Positions 11,810 to 23,041 of a DNA stretch of 64,000 nucleotides are shown here, piece after piece. Source of the DNA: Rebecca billardiae RCC1528 (Eukaryota; Protista; Haptophyta). Made by a program: the position numbers and the translations under genes. The stretch lies in NCBI GenBank assembly GCA_965240325.2, contig OZ251224.1:744001-808000 (forward strand), read 5' to 3'. Under the pieces are notes generated by a model, which did not search any database, was not told the origin of the DNA, and saw only the letters and a program-made list of their open reading frames with translations. Position 1 is the stretch's first letter. Each line of letters opens with the position of its first letter.

Positions 11810-11895
<86 letters not shown>
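11810..11895. repeat. (TA)n microsatellite
   Basis: Pure TA run of about 85 bp. Confidence 0.98.
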
Positions 11896-11897
<2 letters not shown>

Positions 11898-12937
11898 AAC
11901 TTTCTGCTGTCGTCTTGAGTGAGCCGCGCGCGGCGCTGGCGCGCCAGACGCGCCCGGTTGGGCAGCGCAGGCACCCTCAGCGGCCAGGGCGACGACTTCC
12001 TCAACGGCCAGGGCGACGATTTCCTCAACGGCAAGGGCGACTACTTCCGCAACTCAGCAAGTCCAAGGCCGCGCACACCGGCCAGGGCGACCCCATCCAC
12101 TAACTGCACCACGGCATCAACTCGAACACGGCCTCGGACCGTCGAGGCGTGCAACTACATGATGACCAAGGCCGGCGACGACTGCAAATACTACAGCGGC
12201 ATCCCTGGGCACCTACTGCCTCCGTGTGATCAGCACCGGCGACGACTACCTCACCCGCGGCCAACGCGCTCACATCCCCCGTCTCCAATCAGTACTTTGA
12301 CAGACGAATCAGGAGAGCCGCGCCCTCGTGCCTGTGTCTTCAAATCATCATAGAATTAGTCTCTTGAGATGAGGCTCTCAAACTTCGGGATGTCAATATT
12401 CGCCTGAAATGACCTGGAGTCACGCTGACAAGTTTTGCGCGATTCAAAAATGTCACCTGCTGGAGATATACGACCTCAATCTCGATGCGATCTCGGCAAC
12501 ATTCTAACTAGGGGAGATGCACGATCTCCAAGTTATTGATATCGCTATTTGCTCCAGAATCCGCCAGTCTGCCAGAATCGCACCTGCTAGATATCACATT
12601 TTGGCAGTCTGAAATGGGCACAGGCGGATTCTACACTACCCTGGATAATTAAGCCTTATTAACTACGCCAACTACTATAACTAGTTCGTCCAAGTAAATA
12701 CCCGTGTGACTGAATGACATAGTGATTAGTGACACCGGCGATGCCGTGCTACTACTCCGAAATTCCGTAGAGACTAGAGTGCTGATTTCGCCGCGGGACA
12801 TTCGACGGTGGCCGACTCCCGGGAGCAGTGTAACGGTCGGAGCTCTGACCCCACTATTGACATTGCAGACGATCGAATAGTGAGATGCGCCAGGTCGTCA
12901 TCCGGCGGGCCAGCCGGTGGCACCACAAAGCGGCAAG

Positions 12938-14284
12938 TTAGTCACCAGCACCGGCTGCGTCAGCCCATGCGATCGCCTGGTCGAGCACGGTGAGGCCACG
13001 AGAGACGACTGTCCCGCGCCACGCGGGGTCGCGGGGGTAGAAGCAGTCGCGCACGTGCACGCGGAGTGGATGCATCGCGTCCGGCGCCGGCTGTCTCTGC
13101 GCTCCCGCCTGGCGCAGCAGCGCGCCCTCCGCGCGCAGGGCCGCCAGGACCTTGAGGTTGCTCACCGTGCCAAACTCCTGCGTCACGCAAGCCGCGGCAG
13201 TGCCGATCCGCAGGCCGCGGCGCTCGAGTGCGTCGCGGTAGACGCGAGTCAATGCCTCGACAAAAGTGCCGTACATGGCGTATGCAGTCCCGCCCGAAGC
13301 CGCATCGCGTGAGATCTCGAGGTGGCCGACCTTAGAGGCCCCCTCGCGCGTGCCGTCGCCGCCGAGCATCGCGCACGCTGCGCCGATGCGCGCGGGAGCG
13401 CCCTCAACGGTGTCGCGGTCGTGGACGAGCAGCGTGTCGTATCCGTACGGGCCAAGGCCGGTGTGCACGTCGATGTGCGCCAGGCGGCGTAGGTCGTGCC
13501 CTTTCGCCCGAGAAGACGCGAGCTTCTCGACGAAGGCGCACACCAGCCGGTGCGACTGCTCAAGCTCGCCCTCGCCACCCCAGAAGAGGCCTGGGTGAGC
13601 GCTGCGGCTGGCCTCACCGGGCGTGTAGTGGCCGCCGGCGATCGCCTGCTTGAGGGCGCCAAAGCCGTGCGAGAGGATGGCGAAGCCCGCCTTCAGCAAG
13701 AACTCGACCGTCGGCAGGAAGCGCGCGGGCCGGGCCGGGTTCACCAGCCCGTAGACCTTGTGGTAGAGGGGGAAGGAGAGTCGGCTGAGGGCTGCGAACG
13801 AGAGCGGCTCGGCGGTCTCCGCGACTGTGCCCGCGCCAAGGCCCTCGACGATGCAGTTGCGGTTGAGATCGACACCCCGCTCGTTCCACCGTCGGAATTC
13901 AGCCATGCCATGCGCGTTCACGCCATGCACGAGGACGATGGCGACGTGCTGCTTGGCCGGGCACGCTGTCGCCGCACTCTGCAGGAAGGCGAGCTGCACG
14001 GCGGAGCCAGCGTAGCCCTCGACTCCGTGCACACCCGATGAGTGAAACACGAGCGAGCTCGCGCGAGAGATGTCGCCCAACACGGCCACATCGATCGTGT
14101 AACCAGGGCTGTCTGGTGCGCCGTCCGTACGCGGCGCCCACAGGCCACCAAAGCCCGCGAGGCTGTCGTAGGGCAGAGCGTGCAGCTCGGCACCAGCCGC
14201 GCGCGCCGACTGGCGGAACTTGCCGCGGGCCTCCACCCAAGACTCACTCCACGGCCAGCCGTCGTCCCAGTCGATCGTGCCCAT
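12938..14284 (-). CDS. DUF2817 / M14-like zinc carboxypeptidase family protein
   Basis: SSGVHGVEGYAGSAVQ (HxxE), HGVNAHGM..RRWNERGVDLNRN, IDVHTGLGPYG, TQEFGT. No introns seen; start inferred at MGTIDW. Confidence 0.85.
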   Translation of the reverse strand: MGTIDWDDGWPWSESWVEARGKFRQSARAAGAELHALPYDSLAGFGGLWAPRTDGAPDSPGYTIDVAVLGDISRASSLVFHSSGVHGVEGYAGSAVQLAFLQSAATACPAKQHVAIVLVHGVNAHGMAEFRRWNERGVDLNRNCIVEGLGAGTVAETAEPLSFAALSRLSFPLYHKVYGLVNPARPARFLPTVEFLLKAGFAILSHGFGALKQAIAGGHYTPGEASRSAHPGLFWGGEGELEQSHRLVCAFVEKLASSRAKGHDLRRLAHIDVHTGLGPYGYDTLLVHDRDTVEGAPARIGAACAMLGGDGTREGASKVGHLEISRDAASGGTAYAMYGTFVEALTRVYRDALERRGLRIGTAAACVTQEFGTVSNLKVLAALRAEGALLRQAGAQRQPAPDAMHPLRVHVRDCFYPRDPAWRGTVVSRGLTVLDQAIAWADAAGAGD

Positions 14285-14749
14285 GTCGTCGTTGGGGGTG
14301 TATCGATCGGGCGATCGGCGCTGTTGGTTGGCGCCCTCGGGCGGAATTTTCAATTTCCGCGTAGATAGGCAATTTTCCGGGCTTATTCGCCGGTGGATCA
14401 CCGAAAGATTGCATCTCGCCGCTGAGGCGCTGACGACGGGTTGAAAGTGGGCAGACGTCGTCTTACTGTCAGAGTGACGACCTGACGACACGGCCCTGTT
14501 GCCGACTAGGCCTGGGCCACAGTCTCGCCCAGCAGGCTGCCCTGTTGTGGCAGAAATTGGGCGTCGTCAAGTGCCACGCGACACGCGTGGGACCATCAGA
14601 CCAGAAATCAGCCGCCATTGGATTGGTCGAGACTCGAGGTCGGCCTCAGACTTCAGAGCGAATCGTCTTGAGCTCGGCTGCCCTGAGCGCCCCGCGTCCT
14701 GTCGGGCTGTTCAATCGAGTCATGACGCGCCAGACGTGTCGGCCACACG

Positions 14750-16436
14750 TCATGCGCTTGAGGACTGCGTCTCCTGGCGGTAGGCCTCGACCGCATTGAA
14801 GAGGTTGGCCAACCTCTTCTTGCTCATCTGCTGGTGGTGTATTACGAGCTTTCTCTCGATCTCCTCCACCGGCTTCTCCATCTCGGCGGACAGGTCCTCG
14901 GTCGACATCTCGAGGTCGCGCTGCGCCATCTCGAAGAGCTCCTTGTGGTTGGACTGCGCGAGGTAGAAGGCATACACGTACGTGTACTGCAGCGCGTGGC
15001 GACATTTCAGCAGCCACTCGGTCGCCTGCGCGCGAAGGCAAGCGTGGGGTGGGCCGCGGCGTGAGGGGATGAGCTAGAGCGCTGAGCGCACATAACGGCG
15101 CCGCGCCGCGCCGTCGCCTTGGCCGGGCGCGCGGCGTGGGGCCGGCCCGCACCTCCTTGAGGTACTGCACATCGAGCCACGTGTTCGACCCGAGCTGCTG
15201 CATCTCGTCGATCTTCTCGTCCATATCCGTCCGCGTGTTCTCCTCGAGCTTGAGCGAGTTGTGGTGGTTGATGTAGCGCGTGTAGTAGTGGAGGTAGCGC
15301 TCAAGCGCCGCGCGGCTCTGGTTCTTCTTGGACGAATCGTCCTCCTCGGTCTCCTTGTACTTGTTGCACGTGTAGAAGTTGCCTGCGCGCGGGGGGGCGC
15401 GCAACCGATGGCGAAGGCGCCGCGTCAGTGGCGGAGCCGAAGGCCCACCCACGACCGCCGCGCGCGCGCGCGCGCTCGCATGCTCGCGCGGCTGCGCACC
15501 CGAGTGATCCTTCCAGGGCCCCGTGCACACCCAGCACCACTCATGCGAGCACTTCTTGCACGTCATGTGGTTGCAGCCGCCGTTCTTCTCGATGGCGGTC
15601 TTGCACTCAGGGCAGGTGCGCGTGTTCGCCTGCAGCCAGTTGAACGTCTCGCTGTCGTCCTTGCACTTGATGAGCCAGTGCCTCAGCTGCTCGCACGTCG
15701 CGGGCGAGTGGTCGTCGTTGCGGCACGCGAAGCAGAAAGCCTCGCCGCACGCGCACACGACGCGATGCGCGCCGCTGAGCGGCAGCGCGTCGGCTCTATG
15801 CGCCATGTAGATGGCGCGCTCGCACGTGGGCGCAGGGCACCACTCGAGCCGCGGGTTGTCGTCCACGTACGAGCGCTCGACGTATTGCCTGTACTTACCC
15901 ACCTGCGCCTCTGTCGCAAGCGCCTCCACGATCGCGTCGGTCACGAGCATGGAGCACTTCTCGCTCGGGCAGCGCGCGCAGATGCAGCCGGGGCCCTCGT
16001 CCTCGATCTTGTGCGCGATGTACTGGCTGTAACACGAGGTGCACGCGCGGTGGCCGCAGCCTAGCGCCGAGAAGGCCGTCACCGGCTCGAGGCAGATCGG
16101 GCAGCGAAATGGCTCATTCGCGTTCTCCTTGATCGTCGGCGGCTGCTCGCACACGCCCGCCTTGGACAAGACGCCCTCGGGGTTCTCGAAGTACGCGTTC
16201 ACCACTTTCTCGCAGTCCCACTTGTACGCCCGTAGCAGCACCGGCACGTCCACCTTCGGGAGGCGCTCGGCCACGCGCTGCACATCGTCTGCCCGCATAC
16301 GCCGCAGCTCGCCGATGTCGACGCACCGAAACGGCTCAGGCGGCGGCCCTGGAGAGGGCGGGTCGTCAAAATCGTCGAAGTCCTCGCTTCCGTCGTCCTC
16401 CGACTCGTAGTCGCTGCTCATCTCCATGTCATCCAT
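14750..16436 (-). CDS. ARIH: Ariadne-family RBR E3 ubiquitin ligase
   Basis: Acidic N-terminus, RING1 (CPIC..CGH..C..C), IBR (WCPAPTC..CACG..FCFAC), RING2 (CPECKTAIEKNGGCNHMTC) and Ariadne domain (ALERYLHYYTRY; CRHALQYTYVYAFY). Introns at 15383-15499 and 15026-15152. Confidence 0.95.
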
Positions 16437-16583
16437 CGCACCGCGCGGCCGCCCGCCAAGCGTCCAAGGCGGCCTGACCAGTCCACTTGCGAAGTCGCCT
16501 ACCCGCAATGCAATCGTCGAAATACCAATCGTCCGGCATGTGAGTACTGTCATTATCGAGGCCGCGACACGGCGACAGCCGCG

Positions 16584-18317
16584 ATGGCAGCCCGCGCGTC
16601 ATCAAGGCTGCTGCCGTGGGCAGCAGCTACCAGGCGTGGCTTGTCCTCTGCACAGACAAAGGCGAAGACGGCGGGTCCGATTGACAGCCGCGTGCGGCTG
16701 CTCGCTCAGCATCTCACTGAGGACAAGCCTCCGCCCAGCTCCGTGGACTGGCGAATCGTCGGCGGTGGGGGTGCCGTTGGCGGGACGGGGCTTGGCCTGC
16801 TCGCATACGCACATGCTGACATCCTCTTCCAGCCGAGCGCCATCGGTGTTGCCCTGATCGGTGCTGGTGGTGCCCTCGCGGCGTACGGAGCGGGCTGGTT
16901 CGGCAAGAAGCCCGAGAACAATAAGGCCTCACAGGCGAGTGGGGGGCGGCCGCCTCAGTACACGTTCAAATTGCTCAATCCTCAGGTCCGATTCGGCGGC
17001 GAGCAGAAGGCGCTGCAGCAGCTTTGTGGGGGCGACGGCAGCTTCCCCGAGGACATCGAGGAGCTTCTCGACGCGGTGCGCGCGAAGGACAAGACCGCTC
17101 GCGAAAGTGCGCTGAAGGCGCGGCATGCAGAGCTGCGCGCACGCGTCCAGGCCCTGGCCAAGCCGACAGACACGGGAGCCACCGACGCCGAGGGCGCTGA
17201 CGGGGCAGCCGCCGCGCCGCCGACCACTCAACCCGCAGACACGGTCTCCGAGCCCGTCCTCGCGGCGACCGACATCGTGCGGCAGCTCAACCCCCGACTC
17301 TTCGTGCTCGAGTACGTCGACCCGCCGCGCGCGCCTGCCTCGGCACGGCGCGGAAGCCCGCTCCGCGATTTGCGGACGCCTGCCGAGCGCTTTGGCGACG
17401 AGGTGAGCCTTCTCCTCGAGTGCGCATCGCGGTACGACGAGGCCCTTATCCGGGTCACCTCGCCCGGCGGGCGCGTCTCCGAGTTCGGCCTCGCCGCCTC
17501 GCACCTCCTCCGGCTGAAGGACGCGGGCATCCGCACGACGGTCGCGGTCGACACGATCGCAGCCAGCGGCGGGTACATGCTGGCGTGCTGCGCCGACCGC
17601 ATCGTCGCCGCGCCGTTCGCCTTCATCGGATCGATCGGAGTCGTCGCCGAGCTGCCCAACGTCCACCGCGCGCTCTCGCGCGTTGACATCGACTACCTGC
17701 TCTTCACCGCCGGCAAATACAAGCGCACCGTCACCGTGTTTGGCGAGAACACGGACGAGGCCAAGGCCAAGTTCCAGAAGGACATTGATGAGATCCATGA
17801 CGCCTTCAAGGCGCACGTGGCGGACGGGCGTGGTGCTCACCTCGGCGACGTGGATGACGTCGCGACGGGGGAGGCGTGGCTCGCGCTGCGCGCCAAGGAG
17901 CGCGGCCTGGTCGACGAGCTGTGCACGGCAGCAGCGGTCATCGAGCAGAAGTCAGCTGCCGGGTACGACGTGCTCGAGGTGCGGCGGAAGCTGCGCGTGC
18001 ACTCGCTGCTCGAGCGGCTGATCATGACGGCATCGAGCGCTGAGACGACCGTGCGTGAGCTCGTGGCGACCGTGGGCAGCGCCTTCGCGCCTGGACGTGC
18101 GCTCGCATCGGGCTTTGCAAGTGGTGACGACGGCATGATCGCCAGCTCGGCTCATCGCATTCGCGAGCTGGACAATGTCGCTGCCGTGCGGTCGGGTGTC
18201 GCTGCGGCGGAGGCCGGGCACGATGCTGCCAGCGCCTTGGGCCGTGCCCTGCCACCCTTGCTCCAGGGCTCGGAGATGTTGGCGGCGGGCCGGCGCAACG
18301 GTGGCGGCACTGCCTAG
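16584..18317 (+). CDS. sohB: SohB-like S49 serine peptidase, probably mitochondrial
   Basis: TSPGG, AASGGYMLAC, APFAFIGSIGVVAELPN, TAGKYKRTVTVFGEN, VATGEAW. Arg/Ser/Ala-rich presequence followed by two TM segments. Confidence 0.9.
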   Translation: MAARASSRLLPWAAATRRGLSSAQTKAKTAGPIDSRVRLLAQHLTEDKPPPSSVDWRIVGGGGAVGGTGLGLLAYAHADILFQPSAIGVALIGAGGALAAYGAGWFGKKPENNKASQASGGRPPQYTFKLLNPQVRFGGEQKALQQLCGGDGSFPEDIEELLDAVRAKDKTARESALKARHAELRARVQALAKPTDTGATDAEGADGAAAAPPTTQPADTVSEPVLAATDIVRQLNPRLFVLEYVDPPRAPASARRGSPLRDLRTPAERFGDEVSLLLECASRYDEALIRVTSPGGRVSEFGLAASHLLRLKDAGIRTTVAVDTIAASGGYMLACCADRIVAAPFAFIGSIGVVAELPNVHRALSRVDIDYLLFTAGKYKRTVTVFGENTDEAKAKFQKDIDEIHDAFKAHVADGRGAHLGDVDDVATGEAWLALRAKERGLVDELCTAAAVIEQKSAAGYDVLEVRRKLRVHSLLERLIMTASSAETTVRELVATVGSAFAPGRALASGFASGDDGMIASSAHRIRELDNVAAVRSGVAAAEAGHDAASALGRALPPLLQGSEMLAAGRRNGGGTA

Positions 18318-19853
18318 GCATCGCCGAAGGCCGGGAGCACGAGACTGATTGAGTGATCTCAGAGAGTCACACCATTGTGTGACAGCAGCCGGGTAAGACG
18401 CTATACCTCGTGGTTACTAATGACTAAATGCGCTGCTGGCCTGCGCACGTCACTAATCCGGCGTCCGCGCGAAGAGTACCGCGACACACACGGACTCACA
18501 CAACGGTCACACACTGAAACACACACACACACTCACACAAACACACACCGCCACCAGTACACAGTCACACTCAATCAGTCAATAACTCATCAAGCCTGTT
18601 GACGATCATCGCTTCGCCGTCCAGTTCGACATCAGCAGCAGCACTGCGCCAAGTTTAGTTATTATTCCCACTTTGGTATTTTGCACCTTTTGGACACGCA
18701 CATCGGACATCCAGCAAAGTTCACGTCCGAACAGTCACACGCTTCACTTTCGTCTTTCGATTTTATTCATGCATCGTCTTTGTCGATTACCTTATTGGGC
18801 TCCAAGTTTTGCCCAGCAATTTAATCGTCACGACTTTCCAGCTTCGATCTTATGCTTCGATTTCTTTCTCGTACTTCATTTCAATTTGTTCGGTCTTTCT
18901 CTCGGGTATGCCTATTATACCCGAGCTCTCGACCTTGCCGAAGGACCTCCCTATTTGATTCGGTCAAGAAGCTTCCGCCGGACAATTCCTACGGCGTCAC
19001 TCGTACATGTATTGGCACAATCAGACTGAGACTCGCTGCTGGCATGACAATCAGTCTCAGACTCGCTGCTGGCCTGATCGACGCCATGATGCATGCAACA
19101 CTATGTACTACGTCCTGACATTAGCAGCTACTACTGTACTACTCAAACTCCGTCAGAGTAGTAGTGCGCTCTAGTTAGTCAAGATAGTCATCACTAGACG
19201 GCTGACGCCGCATCATATTCAGACTCCACGGGTACTGTCGTCATGCTAAGAGCCCGTCGGAGGCTTCATGGCCGAACACTGCTAGCTTATACAGTTACGT
19301 ACTGAAGACACCGGGCCACCGCCAGAGTGTCTGTGACTGTTCAGGACGTGTATCAGAAGGGGGATCCTGGCCCCTCCTTGGCAGTAGTTACTCAGTTGCC
19401 AATCTTGATCTGCGCCGGTCGCACGAGGACGTGAACGTGGACGTGAGAGTGGTCGAAAAGTTGAAAGGGAAGCTCTCACTCATGCTCGCGCGCTCGTATG
19501 GACGCGCCGACCTGCCTACTTCACGCCCCGGTGACCCGGCCAGCGGGCTGGGGCCTTGGATCGCGGTGGGACGGGCGTCGGGCATGTTGAGAATGCGTCC
19601 CTCCGAGCTTTACAGCTTGCTCAGAGAAAGACTCAGAAAGTTTGAAAGACGTGGTCATCAGCTCGCGTCTGGAATTCCCTGCTTATTCTAGTACAACGAG
19701 TGGTCGTATTAATCAGCGAGTATGACAGTTCAAGCAGAGCACTTTACGTACGTACTACTACTACTCTCAGAAGTCCAAACGTCGTAGGCGCCCCGCGTCA
19801 CCTTACGTCAGCCGTCGTCGTGTTCGCCGAGGACCCCCCTCGCGCGAGCAAGC

Positions 19854-21383
19854 ATGCACCCAGGCACGTCGATGAGCTCGCTCCCCGTCGAGGGCCGCCG
19901 GGTCCTTGCGGACGTGCACGCGTGCTTTCTCGCGAGCGCCTGCCTCGTGCTGGGACTGAGCGGGCTCATCTTCGGCTACGACATTGGCGTGATCTCGGGC
20001 GCCCTCCCGCACCTGACGGATGAGTTCTCGCTCTCACCGATGCAGCAGGGAACCGTGGTGAGCCTCTTGGCCCTCGGCTCGATGTTCGCTGGCCCGATTG
20101 GCGGCTACGTCTGTGATCGCATCGGCCGCAAGCCGACCATCTTCGTGCAGAATCTTCTCTTCGCGAGCGGCACCTTGTGCGTGGTGCTCGCCCGCAGTGT
20201 CTCCATGCTGTGCCTTGGGCGCGTGCTGATGGGCGGCGGCTCCGCGTTCTCAGCCGTGGCGAGCTTGTCGTACCTGTGCGAGCTGTCCCCCCTGGAGATC
20301 CGCGGCATCGTGACCTCGGCGTACGAGATGCTCGTCGTGACAGGCATCCTGCTGGCGTGGGTTGCCGACTACGTGTTCGTGGGCGCGTCCGCGAGCTGGC
20401 GCTGGATGTTCGGCACCATCTTGGTCGCCATCGTCGTCCAGACCGTCACCGTGCTCTTGCTCCCGGAGAGTCCGCGTTGGCTTCTGCTCAAAGGGTACGA
20501 GAAGGAGGGCGCAGCCGTTCTTCAGCGGCTGTACCACACCCCCGCGGTCGCTGAGCACGAGCTCAGTCTGCTGCGCGCAGAGCTGAAGGAGGACATGGCC
20601 GTCGACGCGGCTGCGCATGGCACCGGAACCGCGGTTGCCCAACCGCTGGAGCCAATGGCTGAGCTCTGGGCCTGGCGGGCCCCCGCACTGCTCGCGCTGA
20701 TGGTCGCTCTTTTCATGCAGATGTCCGGCGGCGTCGCGGTTCGCAACTACGCGGGCTCGATCCTGGTGCAGGCCGGCTTTGGCCCGCTTGCTGTCGGCAG
20801 GATGCTTCTCTCGCTCGGAGTCATCAAGGTGCTGTGCACCGCACTGGCGATCGCGATCGTGGATATCGTCGGTCGCCGTGTGCTCATGCTCATCGGTGTG
20901 GGTATGATGACTGCAGGTATGGGGGTACTTGGCGTCAGCCTGGGCGGTGGCATCCCATTCCTCGCCAGCGCGGGCCCGCTCATCGGCTGCGCGCTGGTGA
21001 TCGCCGGCTACTCGTACAGCTTTGGCCCATTGGCGTGGCTGCTGTGGGCGGAGATCTTCCCGACCGGGCACCGCGGCGCCATGATCGGCCTCTCCAGCTT
21101 TTTCTCGAATGCCATCATGTTCCTGAACAATCTCTTCCAGCCCCTCGCGGCGCGCATGGGCCTGGCAGCGCTCTGTGGAGTGTACTGCGCCATCAACGTG
21201 ATCGCCTTTGGCGCGTTCGCGTACCTCTGCGTGGAGACCATGGCAGCCTCCCCGGAGGAGACCCGCGAAAAGCTCGAGCGGCGGCTGCTCATTGGCCAGC
21301 CGGCGCAGGCGGGCCCGCGTCTGTCAGCTGCGCAGAGCTCGCCTGGCTTCGTGCGGCACTCCACCTCTCAGCTGCTCTTCTAG
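19854..21383 (+). CDS. MFS sugar porter
   Basis: GLIFGYDIGVISGA, DRIGRK, YLCELSPLEIRG, PESPRWL, VDIVGRR, GPLAWLLWAEIFP, VET; about 12 TM segments. Confidence 0.95.
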   Translation: MHPGTSMSSLPVEGRRVLADVHACFLASACLVLGLSGLIFGYDIGVISGALPHLTDEFSLSPMQQGTVVSLLALGSMFAGPIGGYVCDRIGRKPTIFVQNLLFASGTLCVVLARSVSMLCLGRVLMGGGSAFSAVASLSYLCELSPLEIRGIVTSAYEMLVVTGILLAWVADYVFVGASASWRWMFGTILVAIVVQTVTVLLLPESPRWLLLKGYEKEGAAVLQRLYHTPAVAEHELSLLRAELKEDMAVDAAAHGTGTAVAQPLEPMAELWAWRAPALLALMVALFMQMSGGVAVRNYAGSILVQAGFGPLAVGRMLLSLGVIKVLCTALAIAIVDIVGRRVLMLIGVGMMTAGMGVLGVSLGGGIPFLASAGPLIGCALVIAGYSYSFGPLAWLLWAEIFPTGHRGAMIGLSSFFSNAIMFLNNLFQPLAARMGLAALCGVYCAINVIAFGAFAYLCVETMAASPEETREKLERRLLIGQPAQAGPRLSAAQSSPGFVRHSTSQLLF

Positions 21384-21701
21384 CTTGAATAAATGTGACG
21401 CTTGACAGTTGGGCCAGATGAGGCATGCGTCGACGCCGCGGCGCCCGTGGCCGGGCCCGGCCCGTGGCCTGCCGAACGCTGACGCCCACTATTCGGCAGC
21501 CGCACGCCAGCAGCCCAGCAGCGTGGCCTGGCCGGCAGGCCCGCGCCGCGCGCGGCCGCGGGTTCGTGGACGTGAGCCGGTGTAACTACGACAGTGCTAC
21601 TACGCCCGGCCCGGATCGTCATTACTCACTCACTCACTCATTCGGTCGACATCGTCGTCACTGACTACACGTTTGCAGCAGACGCGACGACCGGAATCGA
21701 G

Positions 21702-21708
<7 letters not shown>

Positions 21709-21772
<64 letters not shown>
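21709..21772. repeat. (TA)n microsatellite
   Basis: Pure TA run. Confidence 0.98.
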
Positions 21773-21777
<5 letters not shown>

Positions 21778-22171
21778 TATATCGAGTTGCGCCCGCGGCG
21801 TTCAGCGTTGCGCGACAGGGGACCTCGGTGACACTTCGGACAGGGTGACTGGGTGTACGTTTAACGTTATCAGTTACTACCATTAGTGAGTCTATTCACT
21901 ACCACACCAGGCGTGGCACTCGTCGCGGAATCAATGCGGCGCGGTCCGCACCAGATAGATCGACCGTGCGCGCGATAGCTTAGTCCAGCAGCGCCCAGTT
22001 CCGAGTGACTCCGTGCATCACTCCATCAGCAGCACTATATCTGCTATTCAGACTGAGTCTGAGACTGCGCTGACAGCGCTGACGGCGTGGCTGACGGTCC
22101 GACAATCAATCCGACAGACAATCGCGGACTGCTGCGCCGCCGGTGAATTCTGTCTGATCTCGACTCGGCGG

Positions 22172-22941
22172 TTAGTCTGCCTTGCTTGAGTTCGAAGCGA
22201 ACGCCGCGTGTACTTCAAAGATGATGCTGATGATGGCAGGCGTTACCAGCGGCATAATAGCCAGTGACGCGTCCGGGAGCTCGAGCTGCAGTTGGCCCCC
22301 ACTCCTACGGGCCGCATCGGTGATGCCTGTATTGCGGGCGCATGCCCGCGCATCTGACCCGACTGATCAATGGCGCCATCGAGCCCGATGCGCCACGGAT
22401 CGAATGTGGGCGTCGTTTTGCAGACGTCCAACACACCATTCATTGGAGCGAAGCGCGAACCTCCGGTGGCCGTAGCGGCATGTGATGGGCACGGCTTGGA
22501 TGCACCAGGGCGACGTGTGACAGCCGGCCGCCGAAGCACAGAGACGAGCGTGCTGGCAAGGCATCCATGAAGGGCGACCCCACGTGATAGCTGGCCCTGT
22601 AAGTAGATTCGACGTCAGCACATGTCTGTGCAGCTGAGCGACTCTTTGCTCAGCTGCCACCGCGTAACGATCAGTGCAAAGACCGCGACAGCGCCTGCAC
22701 CGCTAGCCAGTGCGACAGCGTTGTCGCCGCCCTGAATGAATGCGCCAGCGGCTCCCAGGATTGACAGCACGGCGAGGGCAACGCTCTTGCGGGCACAGTT
22801 GATCGCGCCACGCTGGTACGGATCCGCGCCCAGTTCGTCAAGGCCCATGGCGCGGAGACGAGCAGTTGCGGCCGGCGAACGATGGAGGCGCGATGGGAGC
22901 AAGCCAAGGCAAAGAGCCCAAAGTGGGGCCGGACCGATCAT
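22172..22941 (-). CDS. Hypothetical membrane protein, possibly plastid-targeted; exon structure unresolved
   Basis: ORF 22615-22941 has an SP-like start and two TM segments. GCTGAC..TTACAG near 22600 looks like a branch point and acceptor. A coding-like last exon (..LAIMPLVTPAIISIIFEVHAAF..KAD*) ends at 22172. Head-to-head with OTU1. Confidence 0.4.
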
Positions 22942-23041
22942 TTACATACGGGAAAACACCGGACACCGAATTCTGGCGGCCCACAACAGCGCTGGTGAGC
23001 AAAACGGTTCGTCTCGCGGTGTGCCGGTGTCGATCGCAGCC

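Noticed and set aside
11429-12103. ORFs containing IYIYIY runs (also 21594-21883) and RERERE (59076-59435)
   Set aside because: These are translations of microsatellites.
12350-12660. AT-richer, transposon-like segment
   Set aside because: I could not pair termini or find a second copy in the window.
22615-22617. TGA after CTDMC as a second selenocysteine
   Set aside because: It lies in a GCTGAC..TTACAG branch-point/acceptor-like context, there is no redox fold, and no SECIS was recognised.
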